This document shows positions 41,546 to 43,061 of a stretch of DNA of 43,061 nt, one piece after another. The notes under the pieces were generated by a model. The model worked only from the letters and a program-made list of their open reading frames with translations. It was not told the origin of the DNA and did not search any database. The stretch is from an uncultured Pseudobdellovibrionaceae bacterium (GTDB lineage Bacteria; Bdellovibrionota; Bdellovibrionia; Bdellovibrionales; JAMPXM01), in NCBI GenBank assembly GCA_934277865.1, contig CAKQVW010000002.1:1-43061 (forward strand), in the 5' to 3' direction. The stretch's first letter is position 1, and each line of letters starts with the position of its first letter. The position numbers and the translations under genes are program-made.

Positions 41546-43061
41546 GTGAAGACTCAGTTGAAGCCCCAGACCAAAAATCCCAGCCTGACCGGCGCTCTGA
41601 ACGTGACCTTGGCCATGACCTTGGCCCTGGCTCCGATTGCCTCCAATACAGGCAACCACGCGCAAACCGGCCTGGGGCTTGGCCTACAAAGCGCCCTCGC
41701 ACAGGCCAATAACCGAGCCACACCCAATTCCAAAGTCGCCGTGCTCTTAATCTTAGCCGCACGTGAGGAAAACGCAGGCAAAGCCTTGGAGCTTCTCAAG
41801 CAAGCCCGCGAGGAGCTCAATCGTGAGCAGCTTTCTGGCGAGCAAGCTGGCCGCGTATTGGCCGCCATTGATGCCTTGGAAGCCAAGATTCGCCGTCGCC
41901 TCCCACCACCGGCCCCTTCGCAGGAAACATCCCCTTCGGGCACTGGCCCCCTGCTGACAGGAACACTGCCGACCATCGCCAATCTCGGAACCGAAATCGG
42001 CGCAAGCCCTTCCAATACTCACAACTCCGCGGCAGAAGCCTTGCCAGAAAAAGAAATCGAAAAGGTTCTCAGCGACAATCCAGAAGTGCGCGAAGCGCTT
42101 TGGGAGATCTCACAAGGCCGTTTGGCTCGCGACACGTCCAACCTTGATGGCATCATTCGCGAGCGAACTGGCATGACGCCTCTTGAGCACGACGAGGCCG
42201 AGGCCATGATTCTTGCGATGGGAAATCAGCCAGGCCCGTTCCTCCAACTGCTTGATCGGCTCAACATGATGAATCTCGATGTCAGCGGCGCCAATCTTCG
42301 CCTCAAACAAGAGTTCGACGGCGTTTCTATCGACACGCTCGCAGAAAAACTCATCCAAGACGCCACCAAGTACTCGATCCCAGTCGGTGTTCTTCAAGGA
42401 GTCTTGACCGATGTTGGAATGACCGGCCGCATGCTTGGTCTCTCCAGCGAAGTTCTGATGACATTTGTTATCAATGCCAACCTCGCGCTTCGCCTCTCCG
42501 ATCTCTACGGCATCGAGATGAACAACTCGGAAAAAGAGATCGTTCTTCTCATCGTGTTTTCGGCCGCCAAAGTCGCCGGCCAGTACGGCATCGCCAACAA
42601 GGCCACAACAGGCATGCTCTCGGGTTTTGGAAAACGTCTTGGCGAATTGAAGTACGTCGGAAAGCCCGGCGAGTTTGTGAATTTCGTGAAAGCCATGCTT
42701 CGGCAGCCGGCGATTGCCAAAGCGGCAGGCCCGGTTGCGGCCGAAGTGCTTGCGGCGGTTGATGCCGACAAAGATGCCAAACCGGCTCCGACCGAGAACA
42801 AGGCGGACACCAAGGCCGACCCGAAGGCCACCAAAGATGGCCTGATCAAAAAGATGGCGTCTCGAATCAACTTCGTGAGTTTGTTAAAAGGCACGGTTCA
42901 CGGCGCACGTTCGGCGGTTGAAACCTACACCTTGGGACAAGCGGCAAAATACATCTTCAAGGCCGCGCACGAGTCCAAACGTGCGATCCACAACGACAAC
43001 TTCCGCCGTTTCCTCATGACTCCTTCGGGCGAAGGATTTTTAAAGCTCATGGTGCTCTCGA
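41546..43061 (+). CDS. Secreted host protein, 3' end beyond the window (at least 505 aa); function unknown
   Basis: GTG start 6 nt after a GAGGAG SD. The frame is open to the window end, so it is absent from the ORF track. Signal-like N-terminus MKTQLKPQTKNPSLTGALNVTLAMTLALAPIAS. Confidence 0.8.
   Translation, partial: MKTQLKPQTKNPSLTGALNVTLAMTLALAPIASNTGNHAQTGLGLGLQSALAQANNRATPNSKVAVLLILAAREENAGKALELLKQAREELNREQLSGEQAGRVLAAIDALEAKIRRRLPPPAPSQETSPSGTGPLLTGTLPTIANLGTEIGASPSNTHNSAAEALPEKEIEKVLSDNPEVREALWEISQGRLARDTSNLDGIIRERTGMTPLEHDEAEAMILAMGNQPGPFLQLLDRLNMMNLDVSGANLRLKQEFDGVSIDTLAEKLIQDATKYSIPVGVLQGVLTDVGMTGRMLGLSSEVLMTFVINANLALRLSDLYGIEMNNSEKEIVLLIVFSAAKVAGQYGIANKATTGMLSGFGKRLGELKYVGKPGEFVNFVKAMLRQPAIAKAAGPVAAEVLAAVDADKDAKPAPTENKADTKADPKATKDGLIKKMASRINFVSLLKGTVHGARSAVETYTLGQAAKYIFKAAHESKRAIHNDNFRRFLMTPSGEGFLKLMVLS

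Noticed and set aside
41391-42894. Several minus-strand ORFs (123, 153, 89, 95 and 129 aa) in the right flank
   Set aside because: All overlap the long plus-strand secreted-protein ORF that the track omits, and their translations are Arg/Ser/Ala-rich shadows.

Overview
The window holds one about 35.5-kb lambda-like temperate prophage (5788..41319) with short host flanks. It is integrated into the 3' end of a minus-strand tRNA-Cys(GCA) gene. A 17-bp direct repeat, TGGAGGTGGTAGAGGGA, marks the att cores at 5788-5804 and 41303-41319. A 27-bp arm-type repeat lies just inside each end.

Nearly all phage genes are on the minus strand and many are joined by ATGA/GTGA overlaps. From left to right they are:
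- int and xis
- a small early-left operon and a divergent cro-like/cI-like switch
- an accessory region with an orphan two-gene cassette (an unknown 175-aa protein plus a BRCT-like protein) and a brnT/brnA toxin-antitoxin pair
- a lysis cassette with an M15 peptidase endolysin
- tail fibre and tail genes, the tape measure and G/GT chaperones with an A9 slippery site
- gpV-, gpU- and FII-like genes
- a fused prohead protease-scaffold-major capsid gene
- a lambda-family portal, gpW, gpA-type TerL and TerS
- a displaced gpZ-like gene
- a lone plus-strand IS1595-like transposase homologue
- an early region with small Cys-rich proteins, a dNMP-kinase-like protein, a classical AAA+ ATPase and a replisome-organiser gene that contains iteron arrays

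The left host flank carries a large 5'-truncated helical protein, a small hypothetical gene and a tandem-HTH regulator operon. The right flank carries a secreted-protein gene that runs off the window and is missing from the ORF track.

I saw no CRISPR array, rRNA or reverse transcriptase. The most interesting candidate is the orphan BRCT cassette next to brnTA and the repressor. All family assignments come from reading motifs by eye; no searches were run.
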